Below the pieces are notes generated by a model. It worked only from the letters and a program-made list of their open reading frames with translations, searched no databases and was not told the DNA's origin. The position numbers were made by a program, and so were the translations under genes. Positions 1 through 9,450 of a stretch of 20,000 nucleotides of DNA are shown here, one piece after another (the stretch's first letter is position 1; each line of letters opens with the position of its first letter). The stretch is taken from assembly GCA_002256025.1 (NCBI GenBank), contig NKIB01013066.1:44726-64725 (forward strand), read 5' to 3'. The DNA comes from Asterionella formosa (Eukaryota).

Positions 1-165
1 ACATGTGGTGATTGGTTGCTGGATCCATCCATCGCTGGAGCCTGGGAAAGTGGAAGACGTCTAGCTGAATACATGAATTCAAACCCCCAGGCAAATGTCG
101 GATTAGAGGGTCGATTTATAGCATCCAAGGAGGTTGGTAAGGTTGGCATTGGGTCCCTGAAATAA
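1..165 (+). CDS. 3' end of a renalase-like (COG3380-type) FAD/NAD(P)-dependent oxidoreductase; partial, starts upstream of the window
   Basis: Manual translation of frame 1 gives TCGDWLLDPSIAGAWESGRRLAEYMNSNPQANVGLEGRFIASKEVGKVGIGSLK*, stop TAA at 163-165. CGDW...GAWxSGxxxA is the C-terminal FAD-contact motif of renalase/amine-oxidase-like flavoproteins. Confidence 0.75.
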   Translation, partial: TCGDWLLDPSIAGAWESGRRLAEYMNSNPQANVGLEGRFIASKEVGKVGIGSLK

Positions 166-611
166 AAGATGACTTACTGGAGTAGTGCATACTTTGTCAT
201 CGTTACCTTATCTCATTTTTATCTGAGATTTATCTTTTTGGGGGCAATGGAAAATTATTATTCATCAATAATTATCGCAGTAGATGTAGGCCATGGATAT
301 CAGTCATGAATCTCGTTCTACTCAAGCTTCATGAGTACATTTTCTTGTGGCTAATTACATCAAAGTCGCTGGAAGGACCATCATCAATGCTGGTAGAACT
401 TGCACTTCTCATTATAACTAAGAAATAAGTGATATGCAATGTCAATCTATATTTTAACAAGTACATGAATTGCTGTTCCCAGTGTGGCTTCTCAAGCAGT
501 TTACCATTTATGAAATAATGCTTACAATGAAATGGGTGCAATGAATCTTTAGCAAAGTATAACTTTTCAGAAAGTCATCATTTGAATAAGCCATGTTGGG
601 GTCACCAATAT

Positions 612-2711
612 TCAATAGCATTTTGTGCAACACGATGAGTCACATTTCACATCGTCCTTGCAATCAGCAGTGAGAGTATTCAACTCCAAAAGGCAAATTG
701 AATTCGGCATGGTGCCTTTCAAATCATTGAAATAAAGATCCATACTTAACAACTCTGACAACATGCCCAATTCACTAGGAATGGCACCACTTATCAAGTT
801 GCCATTCAAAGACAATTCCATCAGATGGGATAGGTCACCAAATTCAGTAGGAATAGTCCCCTTGAGATTGTTGTTGCTGAGTTTCATTGCACGTAACTCT
901 TTCAATCGTGCTAATTCACTTGGAATGGGACCATCTAACAAATTGTTGTTCAACTCAAAGTAAGAAAGTTGGGACATATCACCAAGCTCAGTAGGAATGG
1001 TTCCCTTGAGCATGTTAGAACTGAGGGATACACCAAGGGAAATACCAGGCAAATTCGCCAACTGGCCCAGTTCACTAGGAATCGGTCCTACAAGAGAGTT
1101 TCCATAGAGAAAAAGTGTTGTCAGATGGGCTAGATCACCAAATGAAACAGGAATGGTGCCTGTGAACTTGTTTGAAGCAAGATTCATTTGTTCCAATTTC
1201 CTCAATTTGCCAAATTCACTAGGAATGGGTCCCTGAAGGGAACAGTTGCATAAAATCATGTCAATAAGATTGGACAGCTTGCCAAATTCAGTAGGAATGG
1301 ATCCCTTGACATGCATGGAACTAAGGTCCATTGAATACAAATTGATCAATTGGCCCAAAGAACTAGGAATGGGACCCACGAGGGAGTTGTCATTCAAAGA
1401 CATTCTCTCAAGATGGGACAAGTCCCCAAGTCTGGAGGGAATAATTCCCTTGAGCTTATTAGAACGAAGCTCCATTGCTGTCATGAGTTTGAGCTTGCCC
1501 AACTCAGGAGGAATGGTTCCAGTTAGTGAATTTCCACTTAATTCGAGGGAGGTTATATGAGTGAGTTTGCCCAAGCTGCTAGGAATAGTTCCAGAGAGAG
1601 AATTAAAGCTCAAAGCCAAGTATCTTAGACGCCTGAGTTTGCTCAACTCATAAGGAATGGTTCCATGGAGATTGATTGTGCCTAAATTCAAGGTAGTGAG
1701 AAGTTTAAGCTTGAATAAACATTGAGGAATGGTTCCAGAGAGCAAATAATTTGAACTCAAGTCCAAGTAAGTAAGATATTTGAGTTTGCCCAGTTCGCAA
1801 GGGAAAATTGTTCCATGGAAATGGTTGAAACGTAAATTCAATGTTTTGAGATGTTCAAGCTTGCTCAAATATTGAGGAATGGTTCCAGAGAGGTAATAGT
1901 TTGAGCCCAAATCCAAGTAATTGAGATGGATGAGTGCACTCAATTCATGTGGAATGGTTCCACTGAGCTGGTTTGATTTCAACTCCAAATATTCCAGAGC
2001 AGTGAGCTTGCCCAACTCACTGGGTATGGTACCGCCAAAATCGTAATTATAGCTCAAACTAAAGTAAGTGAGATGTTTGAGCTTTCCTAATGCTGGAGGA
2101 ATATTTCCAGTGAGCGAGTTCTGTGTCATCCCCATGTGTTTCAAGAGGCTGAGCTTCCCCAACTCCGTTGGAATGGTACCACCTAGATCATAATTCGAAC
2201 TCAACTCCAAGTAAGTGAGATTATTGAGATTTCCCAATGCATGAGGAATGGTTCCATTAAGATGGTTGACTGATACATCTAAGTATGTCAACCTTGAGAG
2301 CTTGCTCAATTCACTGGGAATGCCACCAGAGAGGTAGTTATCTTTCAATGCCAAGTGTTTTAGGAGGTTGAGCTTGCCCAATTCACGTGGAATAGTTCCA
2401 GTGACACCATGCTGTAAATCCAAGTAGGTCAAACGAGTTAGTCCGACAATGCATTGTGGAATTTTTTGAGCCTTGTCGAAATCCGAATCCAAATCTATTG
2501 TCAATGAAGTTATACTGCAAAGAGTCTTCCTTCCAAACAAAACGACATGATTGGTTGCATCACATGCCTTTTTGCATTTTCCAGTGGTCTTATCTATGTA
2601 ATATCCCGGTTTTTCCATACAAGTTGTAATGCGTGCCTTAACAGGCGGCACAGCAACCATGGAGGAAACATAAAGGACAGCAAGAAATCGAGCAAAAGTT
2701 CCGAGCTTCAT
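612..2711 (-). CDS. Secreted leucine-rich repeat protein (receptor-like, plant-type LRRs), 699 aa, no TM or kinase domain
   Basis: Signal-peptide-like N-terminus (MKLGTFARFLAVLYVSSMVA), Cys-rich N-cap (CMEKPGYYIDKTTGKCKKAC), about 24 repeats of LxxLxxLxLxxNxLxGxIPxELG, and a Cys-rich C-cap LTADCKDDVKCDSSCCTKCY of a type I recognise from diatom LRR proteins. Single uninterrupted ORF. Confidence 0.9.
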   Translation of the reverse strand: MKLGTFARFLAVLYVSSMVAVPPVKARITTCMEKPGYYIDKTTGKCKKACDATNHVVLFGRKTLCSITSLTIDLDSDFDKAQKIPQCIVGLTRLTYLDLQHGVTGTIPRELGKLNLLKHLALKDNYLSGGIPSELSKLSRLTYLDVSVNHLNGTIPHALGNLNNLTYLELSSNYDLGGTIPTELGKLSLLKHMGMTQNSLTGNIPPALGKLKHLTYFSLSYNYDFGGTIPSELGKLTALEYLELKSNQLSGTIPHELSALIHLNYLDLGSNYYLSGTIPQYLSKLEHLKTLNLRFNHFHGTIFPCELGKLKYLTYLDLSSNYLLSGTIPQCLFKLKLLTTLNLGTINLHGTIPYELSKLRRLRYLALSFNSLSGTIPSSLGKLTHITSLELSGNSLTGTIPPELGKLKLMTAMELRSNKLKGIIPSRLGDLSHLERMSLNDNSLVGPIPSSLGQLINLYSMDLSSMHVKGSIPTEFGKLSNLIDMILCNCSLQGPIPSEFGKLRKLEQMNLASNKFTGTIPVSFGDLAHLTTLFLYGNSLVGPIPSELGQLANLPGISLGVSLSSNMLKGTIPTELGDMSQLSYFELNNNLLDGPIPSELARLKELRAMKLSNNNLKGTIPTEFGDLSHLMELSLNGNLISGAIPSELGMLSELLSMDLYFNDLKGTMPNSICLLELNTLTADCKDDVKCDSSCCTKCY

Positions 2712-2995
2712 AGTTTCAGGTATAGTCGCGATGAGTGTGAAATGTCAAGAAATTATGAGTCATCCAACAGTGTGTCGTGCGATTGTAACGGGTTCGCTTT
2801 GCTAGCTTAATTCCAATCACATGAGAGGGTTCTTTAGTCCCACTGTCGGTAGGCAAGCCGACGTATTGTACGCGATGGAATCCTGATGTCAGTAGGTGCG
2901 GCTCGTTCATTGTTGTTGACAGCGTTGTTCGTCATTCTGGCAATCAATGTACCAAAGTCGTGGAATCTGTAGTGATGCGGACGAGGGAATGCATA

Positions 2996-3554
2996 TACCG
3001 GTATGACAAACAGAATGATGCCCTTTGGAGAAACGCAATCATTCAGGACAGTTCGCTTTTCTCCGTGAGGTCGTTGTGATCGATGATGGATGATTGTTGA
3101 TGATATCCCGATATGGATATACTGTAATGGTTGCGTCTATATTTTATACTGGTATCTGGTACCTGTACTGTACACGATACCGGTACCAAGTTCTCTACTA
3201 CCGGTATACCGGTAGACATCCCTTACCGTACCAGCTACCAGGGTACGATTAATTAACATGCCGGTATTTTATTCTTGTATGAAAGGCCGACAGGATGGTG
3301 ACATTTACATACCGAAATATTTATTACAAATAATTTTAGTCTTCTTTCAGACATACCGGTATCAGAATACCCGTATATACATTCACACATATAGGTTGGC
3401 AAAAGATCTCATCCATTCTTATGACAGCTACCCGAAAGCAAGGCCGGAGCAATCGTGGATTTCAACACAATACCAGGTACTGGATGGTACCAGCTTTAGA
3501 ATTAGTAATAGCTACTAGCAACTACCGGTATTTAAAAGTCAGGAGTACCGGGTA
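2996..3554. repeat. Cluster of TACCGGTA palindromes in the divergent intergenic region
   Basis: Exact copies at 2996, 3178, 3199, 3207 (tandem with 3199), 3354 and 3523. Variants: TACTGGTA 3147, TGCCGGTA 3259, TACCCGTA 3368, TACCAGGTA 3471, TACCGGGTA 3546. Confidence 0.8.
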
Positions 3555-3852
3555 TGTTCGGGTAAAATACATAACATCTGATTAAAATTAACCGTCACTG
3601 TCCTGTACATCTTTATGCAGCTTTACTCAAGAATATTATAATTTAAATACATATAAATAACCTTAAGACTATATAATACAGCGATCGAAATACGGTACGG
3701 TAACGTCATGGAAAATAAATCAAGACAGGCAGTTACTTCTGGTTTCCATTTGACACAAGAAGACACCATCATTCTCCTTCCGTGACCTCCACTGTGCCTT
3801 CTCCACGCTTTCCCTGCAAGACCACCGAGCAGTCTTCACACAAAACACCATC

Positions 3853-5165
3853 ATGCCCGTGTCCATTGGGTTCATGCCTCTGCTTCGCTTCGCTCTCGTT
3901 GCCTTGGCGGTACGACTGAGTTCAGTGACAGCCATGGTCTCTGTGCAGACCAGCCAGTTCTCGGCGGAGCTCTTGTCCATGCCAGCCGTATTTGGCATGA
4001 GATGGCAGCCTGGCATAGAATATTACGCGCATTTGCAGTTTCTGCCAGATCACATTTTCCTTTGCAACAACGAAGACATTACTAGTTTGTCATCGGACGC
4101 GAACGGGAGGCTTCTGTCGCACCGCAACAACCAGACCACTCATCCCACCTCCGATGGATTGCCCGTGGTACTCCTAGTCTCGAGAGGAGGGTGCAGTTTT
4201 GAAGAGAAAGCAAGGAATGCCATGAAGATAGATCTTGTCAAGTATCTCATTGTCTGCGACGATCGCGTCAGACCTAGTCCCTTCACCAAGTTGGTGCCCA
4301 TGAGCGCGACGAACCCAACAAATGTTGACGTGGGAATGTTGTTTGTTTCGTACACTTCAGGAATGAGTGAGTATAGTTTAATTGAAATTACGGTAATGAC
4401 ACTGGAATGAGAGTGGAAAAGGAACAATAATACTCTCCTACTGGGCACTTTCTCTCATCTGCGCGCACTGTCTCTCTCCTCACAGAACTCATTACTATGA
4501 TTCACGATCAATTTCAGAACGTGACAGACGCTGGAGGCTTGGTCATCAAGATGGACTCAGTTGCCCCTAATTTACCATACGGACCGTCAGAGGGACAGCA
4601 GTGGGTACTTGCAGCAATGGCTGGATTCTTTACATTTTTGGCATGCTTTGCTTGTTTGCTCATGTGCGTCCACGCAGGGATTCTCCCGTCGGACAGGAAT
4701 CACGGCACCTTTGGAAGGTTAGCCCGCACAGGGTCTATCCTACTTTCAGAGGAACAGGTTACTGCATTGCCTCTACAGGAATACAAGGCAAATATTGAAG
4801 CTGGTAATCAAACTTCATGTGCTATATGTCTTGAAGAATATGAACAAGGGGAGAAGTTGAGGCAATTGGCTTGTGGCCATTGCTTCCACCATGATTGCAT
4901 CAAGCCTTGGTTGACAGAACGTAGTGCTAGTTGCCCGTTGTGCAAGCTTGAAGTTACGGTACATGGATTGTCCGGAAATGTCGGAGCATCTTTCACAGCA
5001 ATAAATCCGTGGTGGTGGCGAAGGTCGAATTGGACGTACAGAAGCATTTTGCCCTTGTCTTTTGACAATGAAATACCTAACAATCCTGCTGCAATATTGG
5101 AGACAGTGCAACCTGATGCGACCACGCCATTGCCCTCGCAATCAGGAGGACAACGGTTACAGTAG
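3853..5165 (+). CDS. PA-domain, transmembrane, RING-H2 E3 ubiquitin ligase (RNF13/RNF167/plant RMR-like); exons 3853-4366 and 4486-5165, about 397 aa
   Basis: Signal peptide; PA-domain motif LLVSRGGCSFEEKARNA; TM segment WVLAAMAGFFTFLACFACLLMCV; RING-H2 CAICLEEY...CGHCFHHDCIKPWL...CPLCK. Removing intron 4367-4485 joins the two ORFs in frame (SGM-K-LITMIHD). Confidence 0.88.
4367..4485 (+). other. Spliceosomal intron (119 nt) of the PA-RING gene
   Basis: GTGAGT donor, pyrimidine tract, CACAG acceptor; removal restores the reading frame. Confidence 0.85.
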
Positions 5166-5306
5166 CCTGTTGCTTTCTAGATGATTTCATTTCGCACGAA
5201 CATGGTGATTCTCCAAAGGACAACGTTTGTAAAAGTAACTGAGATGTTGTATAATAAAATATAGTCGGATATTCGCATAAACTAAAATATTCCACTAAAT
5301 ATTCCT

Positions 5307-6734
5307 TTATCGCTTCGCATGCGCTACACTGACTCCATTAAATAATCTGTTCGCCTTCTTGTCCATTTTGTTGATGGGCAACAATTGTCTGTCTTGAAAT
5401 CGCTTTCCCCTGGCCTCATCCCGAGCTGCCTTGGCCACAACAGCCTTGTACCTGTAAAGCGAAAGTGCACTATAACCCCCTCCAGCTGCCTTGACCAAGA
5501 CTCCAGCACCAGATCGTCCTTGCGCGGTCCCAGGAGTAATTCCAGCCCGGAGAAGGACCAAAGAGTTCTCGTGCTTGACTTCTTCTGTACCAGTTTGGTA
5601 GACGCGACCGCGGTAGAGCCGTTCTCCAGCTGCCCGTCGTGCAGCGGCAACAGCAGGGTCTTCATGGTCGGGACGGAAACGCTGTCTGTAGTATCGACTA
5701 AGGGTACGGTGACCGATAATCCGTCCGTCCGGCAAAATGAGCTCACCAAGAGGAGTGACGTCAAATCCATATTTTGCAATCTCTTCTTGGTATCCATCAT
5801 ACAAGCCATCGTATAAGCCATCATCGTCAATCTCTTTCCTTTCTTCCATCTCCTCGTCGTCACTAACATCTTCCCATTCCCCCTCGTCGTCACCATCATC
5901 ACTACCTTTTTCTTCCACATTGTCCATTTCAGTATTTTCCACGGCGGCGTCCTTGCTATATTTTGCCAAGAATTCAGCATCGGCTTCCGAAAAGTCATAG
6001 AATGGATCAAATTCCTCCATATCAATCCCACGTTCGTATCTCAGCTTGGTGTGTCTTGTGCTAATCATATGCTTTTGACATCCCTGCCAAGTGGTAAAAG
6101 TTTTGTGGCAACAGAGACAAACATGACCCAACTTGATCTTTTCGTGACAGTAGCCCACCAGACCTTCCTTGTCAATCAAGTACTCTTGATCCGGAATGAA
6201 GAATCCATATTTGCGGTGCATGCGCTCCACGTTGGCTTCGATGCTGGCTGAGATGTGCTTATCAAAGAGGCATTGGTAAGGATTTATTTCTGGCGCCTCT
6301 TCTTCCACCTCCACCTCTGTCGCCTCCTCCGTCGTCTCTGCGGCTTCGTCAAGAACCATGCGCTCGCCCTCCTCCTTTGGTTCGCCTGTTGCAGTCTTCA
6401 TATTCTCATAGGCAGCGACTTGAGAGACAGCCGTGGCTCCTCCGAGTTTGGATCCCCCCTGATGCTTCTTCTTACTTTCTTTTTGTTTGTTTTTCAAATG
6501 ATTCGTTCCAGTTCGCTCGTCTCTACCTTGTCGTTCCTGGCGAAGCGCCAGAGCAGTTTCGAGGCGCATTTGAAATTCTTCGTCCTTCAAGAGTGCCAAT
6601 CCTGCTTCCCGACGTTTGAGATTGTACTTGTGCCAATCCGATTTGTAATGATTCGCAATGTCGGCCCGCGACGCAAACACCTTCCCAGGTGCTGTCGTTG
6701 ACGTGAGGCCGTCTGATGGACACGATGTTGCCAT
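5307..6734 (-). CDS. ZNF622: Cytoplasmic pre-60S maturation factor REI1/ZNF622; likely ATG at 6734 (MATSCPSD)
   Basis: Family motifs HYKSDWHKYNLKRR, GFFIPDQEYL.D.EGL..Y..EKI, C2H2 finger CLCCHKTF...CQKHM...H, FYDFS, ELILPDGRIIGHRTLSRYYRQ. The ORF-track start at 6779 is a TTG. Confidence 0.9.
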   Translation of the reverse strand: MATSCPSDGLTSTTAPGKVFASRADIANHYKSDWHKYNLKRREAGLALLKDEEFQMRLETALALRQERQGRDERTGTNHLKNKQKESKKKHQGGSKLGGATAVSQVAAYENMKTATGEPKEEGERMVLDEAAETTEEATEVEVEEEAPEINPYQCLFDKHISASIEANVERMHRKYGFFIPDQEYLIDKEGLVGYCHEKIKLGHVCLCCHKTFTTWQGCQKHMISTRHTKLRYERGIDMEEFDPFYDFSEADAEFLAKYSKDAAVENTEMDNVEEKGSDDGDDEGEWEDVSDDEEMEERKEIDDDGLYDGLYDGYQEEIAKYGFDVTPLGELILPDGRIIGHRTLSRYYRQRFRPDHEDPAVAAARRAAGERLYRGRVYQTGTEEVKHENSLVLLRAGITPGTAQGRSGAGVLVKAAGGGYSALSLYRYKAVVAKAARDEARGKRFQDRQLLPINKMDKKANRLFNGVSVAHAKR

Positions 6735-7283
6735 GTTTACAAAGGACAAAGAAACAAGATCAAACTTTCCTTGTGTCAAAGCGGATGATGTGGATTATTT
6801 GCCAAGCCTCTCTCTGTTGACACTTTCACGGGGAACAAAACTGAGCTCGTATTGATAATCAACAAAATAGAGACTATAACAAGGCAATGTAATTGATTCG
6901 GTGTGGCAGATGATGAAGGGAATAATTAAACAAACGAGCTATATATATAGATGTATGTATAGATTTAGATTTGCAGTGAGCAAAGGATGAAGCAAGCAAG
7001 CAATGCGAACAAAGTGCCATTCATCGTCATATACTGGGAACATATTCTGTGAAAATTGGAATACGACACCCCCGCCAGGATAAAACAAAAAAGAAAAACA
7101 CAACGATTCTATATATTGGTCATGATTAAAATATGTGGTGGTGGCCGCGACACAATTGACTCAGTTCTGCCTGTCCGTCGCCACGGCAGTCCCACACGAG
7201 GTCGTGCTATCAAAATAGTTTATTACTAGAGTTTGAGCGAACATGATCGATTCCCGAAACAACTTGATCATGTTTTTTTTATG

Positions 7284-7612
7284 NNNNNNNNNNNNNNNNN
7301 NNNNNNNNNNNNNNNNNNNNNNNNNNNNNNNNNNNNNNNNNNNNNNNNNNNNNNNNNNNNNNNNNNNNNNNNNNNNNNNNNNNNNNNNNNNNNNNNNNNN
7401 NNNNNNNNNNNNNNNNNNNNNNNNNNNNNNNNNNNNNNNNNNNNNNNNNNNNNNNNNNNNNNNNNNNNNNNNNNNNNNNNNNNNNNNNNNNNNNNNNNNN
7501 NNNNNNNNNNNNNNNNNNNNNNNNNNNNNNNNNNNNNNNNNNNNNNNNNNNNNNNNNNNNNNNNNNNNNNNNNNNNNNNNNNNNNNNNNNNNNNNNNNNN
7601 NNNNNNNNNNNN
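7284..7612. other. Assembly gap (329 N)
   Basis: Run of N between the divergent ZNF622 and IVD genes. Confidence 1.
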
Positions 7613-7754
7613 CCGGTAGTGATATCATATGTAAAATAAGAGTCATCAGTTTAAAATTGATGATGACGTCAATACTGGGGTGACACTCAAGACTCAAGAA
7701 TTCTCATCGTGCAACGGATGTGTCATACTCCTGCTTATCAAATACAAAACCGCC

Positions 7755-9275
7755 ATGCTGACAGCAGCTCGTCGTATTCCCTTGCTGGGAAAGCTGCTCC
7801 ATCGCCATGCTTCCAATGGATCCTTTGCTTCCCTGTTCAACCCGACGGAAGAGCATCGTCAGCTTCGAGATATGCTGAGAACTTTTGTTGCCAATGACGT
7901 GAGTCTGTTTGCTTCGTTTTGCTTCCAGCATGAGGTCATGCAACATCAAACAATATCGCTTGATGCCTGTTATCTTCGTTATTTACCGTCCATCAGTCTT
8001 GCAATGGGTTGCCTTTGCAACAAATATTGATACTGTTTCACTCGTTTTTGGCCTTTCAGAGTCGTTGTTTGCATAGTACCGGTACTCATTTCTGCTCACT
8101 ATCCGAATTCCGTACCAATACGCACACAACTACGAACAAATAATTTGTAGGTCGAACCTCAAGCAAATCATTTCAACAAACACGAGAAATTCAATATTCC
8201 TCTGTTTGCCAAGCTAGGCACGCTGTCCTCCGATGGGCTGGGGATACTGGGTATCACTGTCCCAGAACAATACTCTGGGACAAACTTAGATGCCACAGCA
8301 GTTGCCATAGTTCACGAAGAACTCAGTTACTCCGATCCTGCATTCTGTCTATCCTATTTGGCACACTCTCTGCTTTTTGTCAACAACCTGGCTATTAATG
8401 GAAGCGAACAACAGAAAGAACGATTCTTGCCACCAGCCCTGGAGGGGTCCATGATTGGGTCCATGGGGATGAGCGAACCTGGGGCAGGGACAGATGTGCT
8501 AGGAATGACGACTCGAGCTTCATATGATGCAGAAAAGAAGGGATGGATTGTAAATGGAACAAAAATGTGGATTACGAATGGCACTCTAGACGGAACAGGC
8601 ACTGGTCATATTAGTCTCATTTATGCTCGCACTGGACCGCAGCGACAGGACATTACACAGTTTTTGGTTGAAAAGGATATGCAGGGTTTCACTGTCGGAC
8701 AGCAAATTAAAGATAAGCTTGGAATGCGAGCGTCGCCAACAGCAGAACTAGTATTCGACAATGTTTTTATTCCAGAAGCCAATGTCGTCGGCCAAGTCAA
8801 CAAGGCGACACTTTGCATGATGCGAAACCTCGAGATTGAGCGAGTTGGACTCGCTGCCATGGCCTTAGGAATTGCTCGGCGGTGTATTGATGAGATGAAA
8901 CAATATGCCGGCGAACGAACCGCTTTTGGAAAGAACTTGTATCAATTTGGTCAAATCCAGCGGCATATTGCTGAGAGCTATGCTGAATACATGGCGGGAC
9001 GAGCTTATGTATATGGGTTTGCTGCTGGCCTTAATTTGAAATCTGCTGGTAATGGGCTTGATGCAGATGGGGTCAAGCTGTACTGTGCTCCAATGGCTAA
9101 GAACATTGCCGATCGAGCCATTCAAGTACTGGGGGGAAATGGATACGTGGGAATGTACTCTGTCGAGAGGCTTTGGAGAGATGCCAAGCTCCTTGAAATC
9201 GGCGGAGGAACAAACGAAAGCCATCACAAAAACATGAGCAGAGATCTCCAAAAAATGGGAAATCGCCTGGATTGA
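7755..9275 (+). CDS. IVD: Isovaleryl-CoA dehydrogenase (acyl-CoA dehydrogenase family), mitochondrial; exons 7755-7898 and 8151-9275, about 422 aa
   Basis: Arg-rich transit-peptide-like start MLTAARRIPLLGKLLHRHAS; LFNPTEEHRQLR; GMSEPGAGTD; NGTKMWITNG; KLGMRASPTAELVF; IVD-type catalytic-Glu region NLEIER; RLWRDAKLLEIGGGTNE. Phase-0 splice gives ...FVAND-VEPQANHFN..., in frame with the 8358 ORF. Confidence 0.85.
7899..8150 (+). other. Spliceosomal intron (252 nt) of IVD
   Basis: GTGAGT donor, TTGTAG acceptor, in-frame stop inside; contains the palindrome AGTACCGGTACT at 8075-8086. Confidence 0.85.
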
Positions 9276-9450
9276 CGACATTAGCCCCAGAAGGTTTGAC
9301 GAATGAAATAAGATTAGAAATAATAAACTAGAAAGAACTTCAGAAACTAAAAATACTATCTACACTCAATTTGAGCCAACAGCTTGAAGATAGTCTGGAA
9401 CCCAAAGCAAACGTCCAACATTCCTGGCTTTTTGCGTCCTCACAGGCTTA

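Noticed and set aside
700..2400. CRISPR-like array (recurrent GGAATGG at ~72-nt spacing)
   Set aside because: The periodicity comes from the coding LRR motif (reverse complement of T/P-I-P codons).
3258..3518. 86-aa ORF in the LRR/E3 intergenic region, and the short ORFs at 329-541, 2716-2910 and 19671-19919
   Set aside because: Short, motif-free ORFs in intergenic DNA with no support for coding.
5790..5826. 12-nt tandem duplication encoding DGLYDGLYDGY
   Set aside because: Small in-frame slippage in an acidic linker; unremarkable.
5324..6031. 235-aa alternative-frame ORF and antisense ORFs overlapping ZNF622
   Set aside because: No recognisable motifs; explained as shadows of the main gene's codon usage.
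7161..7697. ORFs spanning the first N-run
   Set aside because: Artefacts of translating through N.
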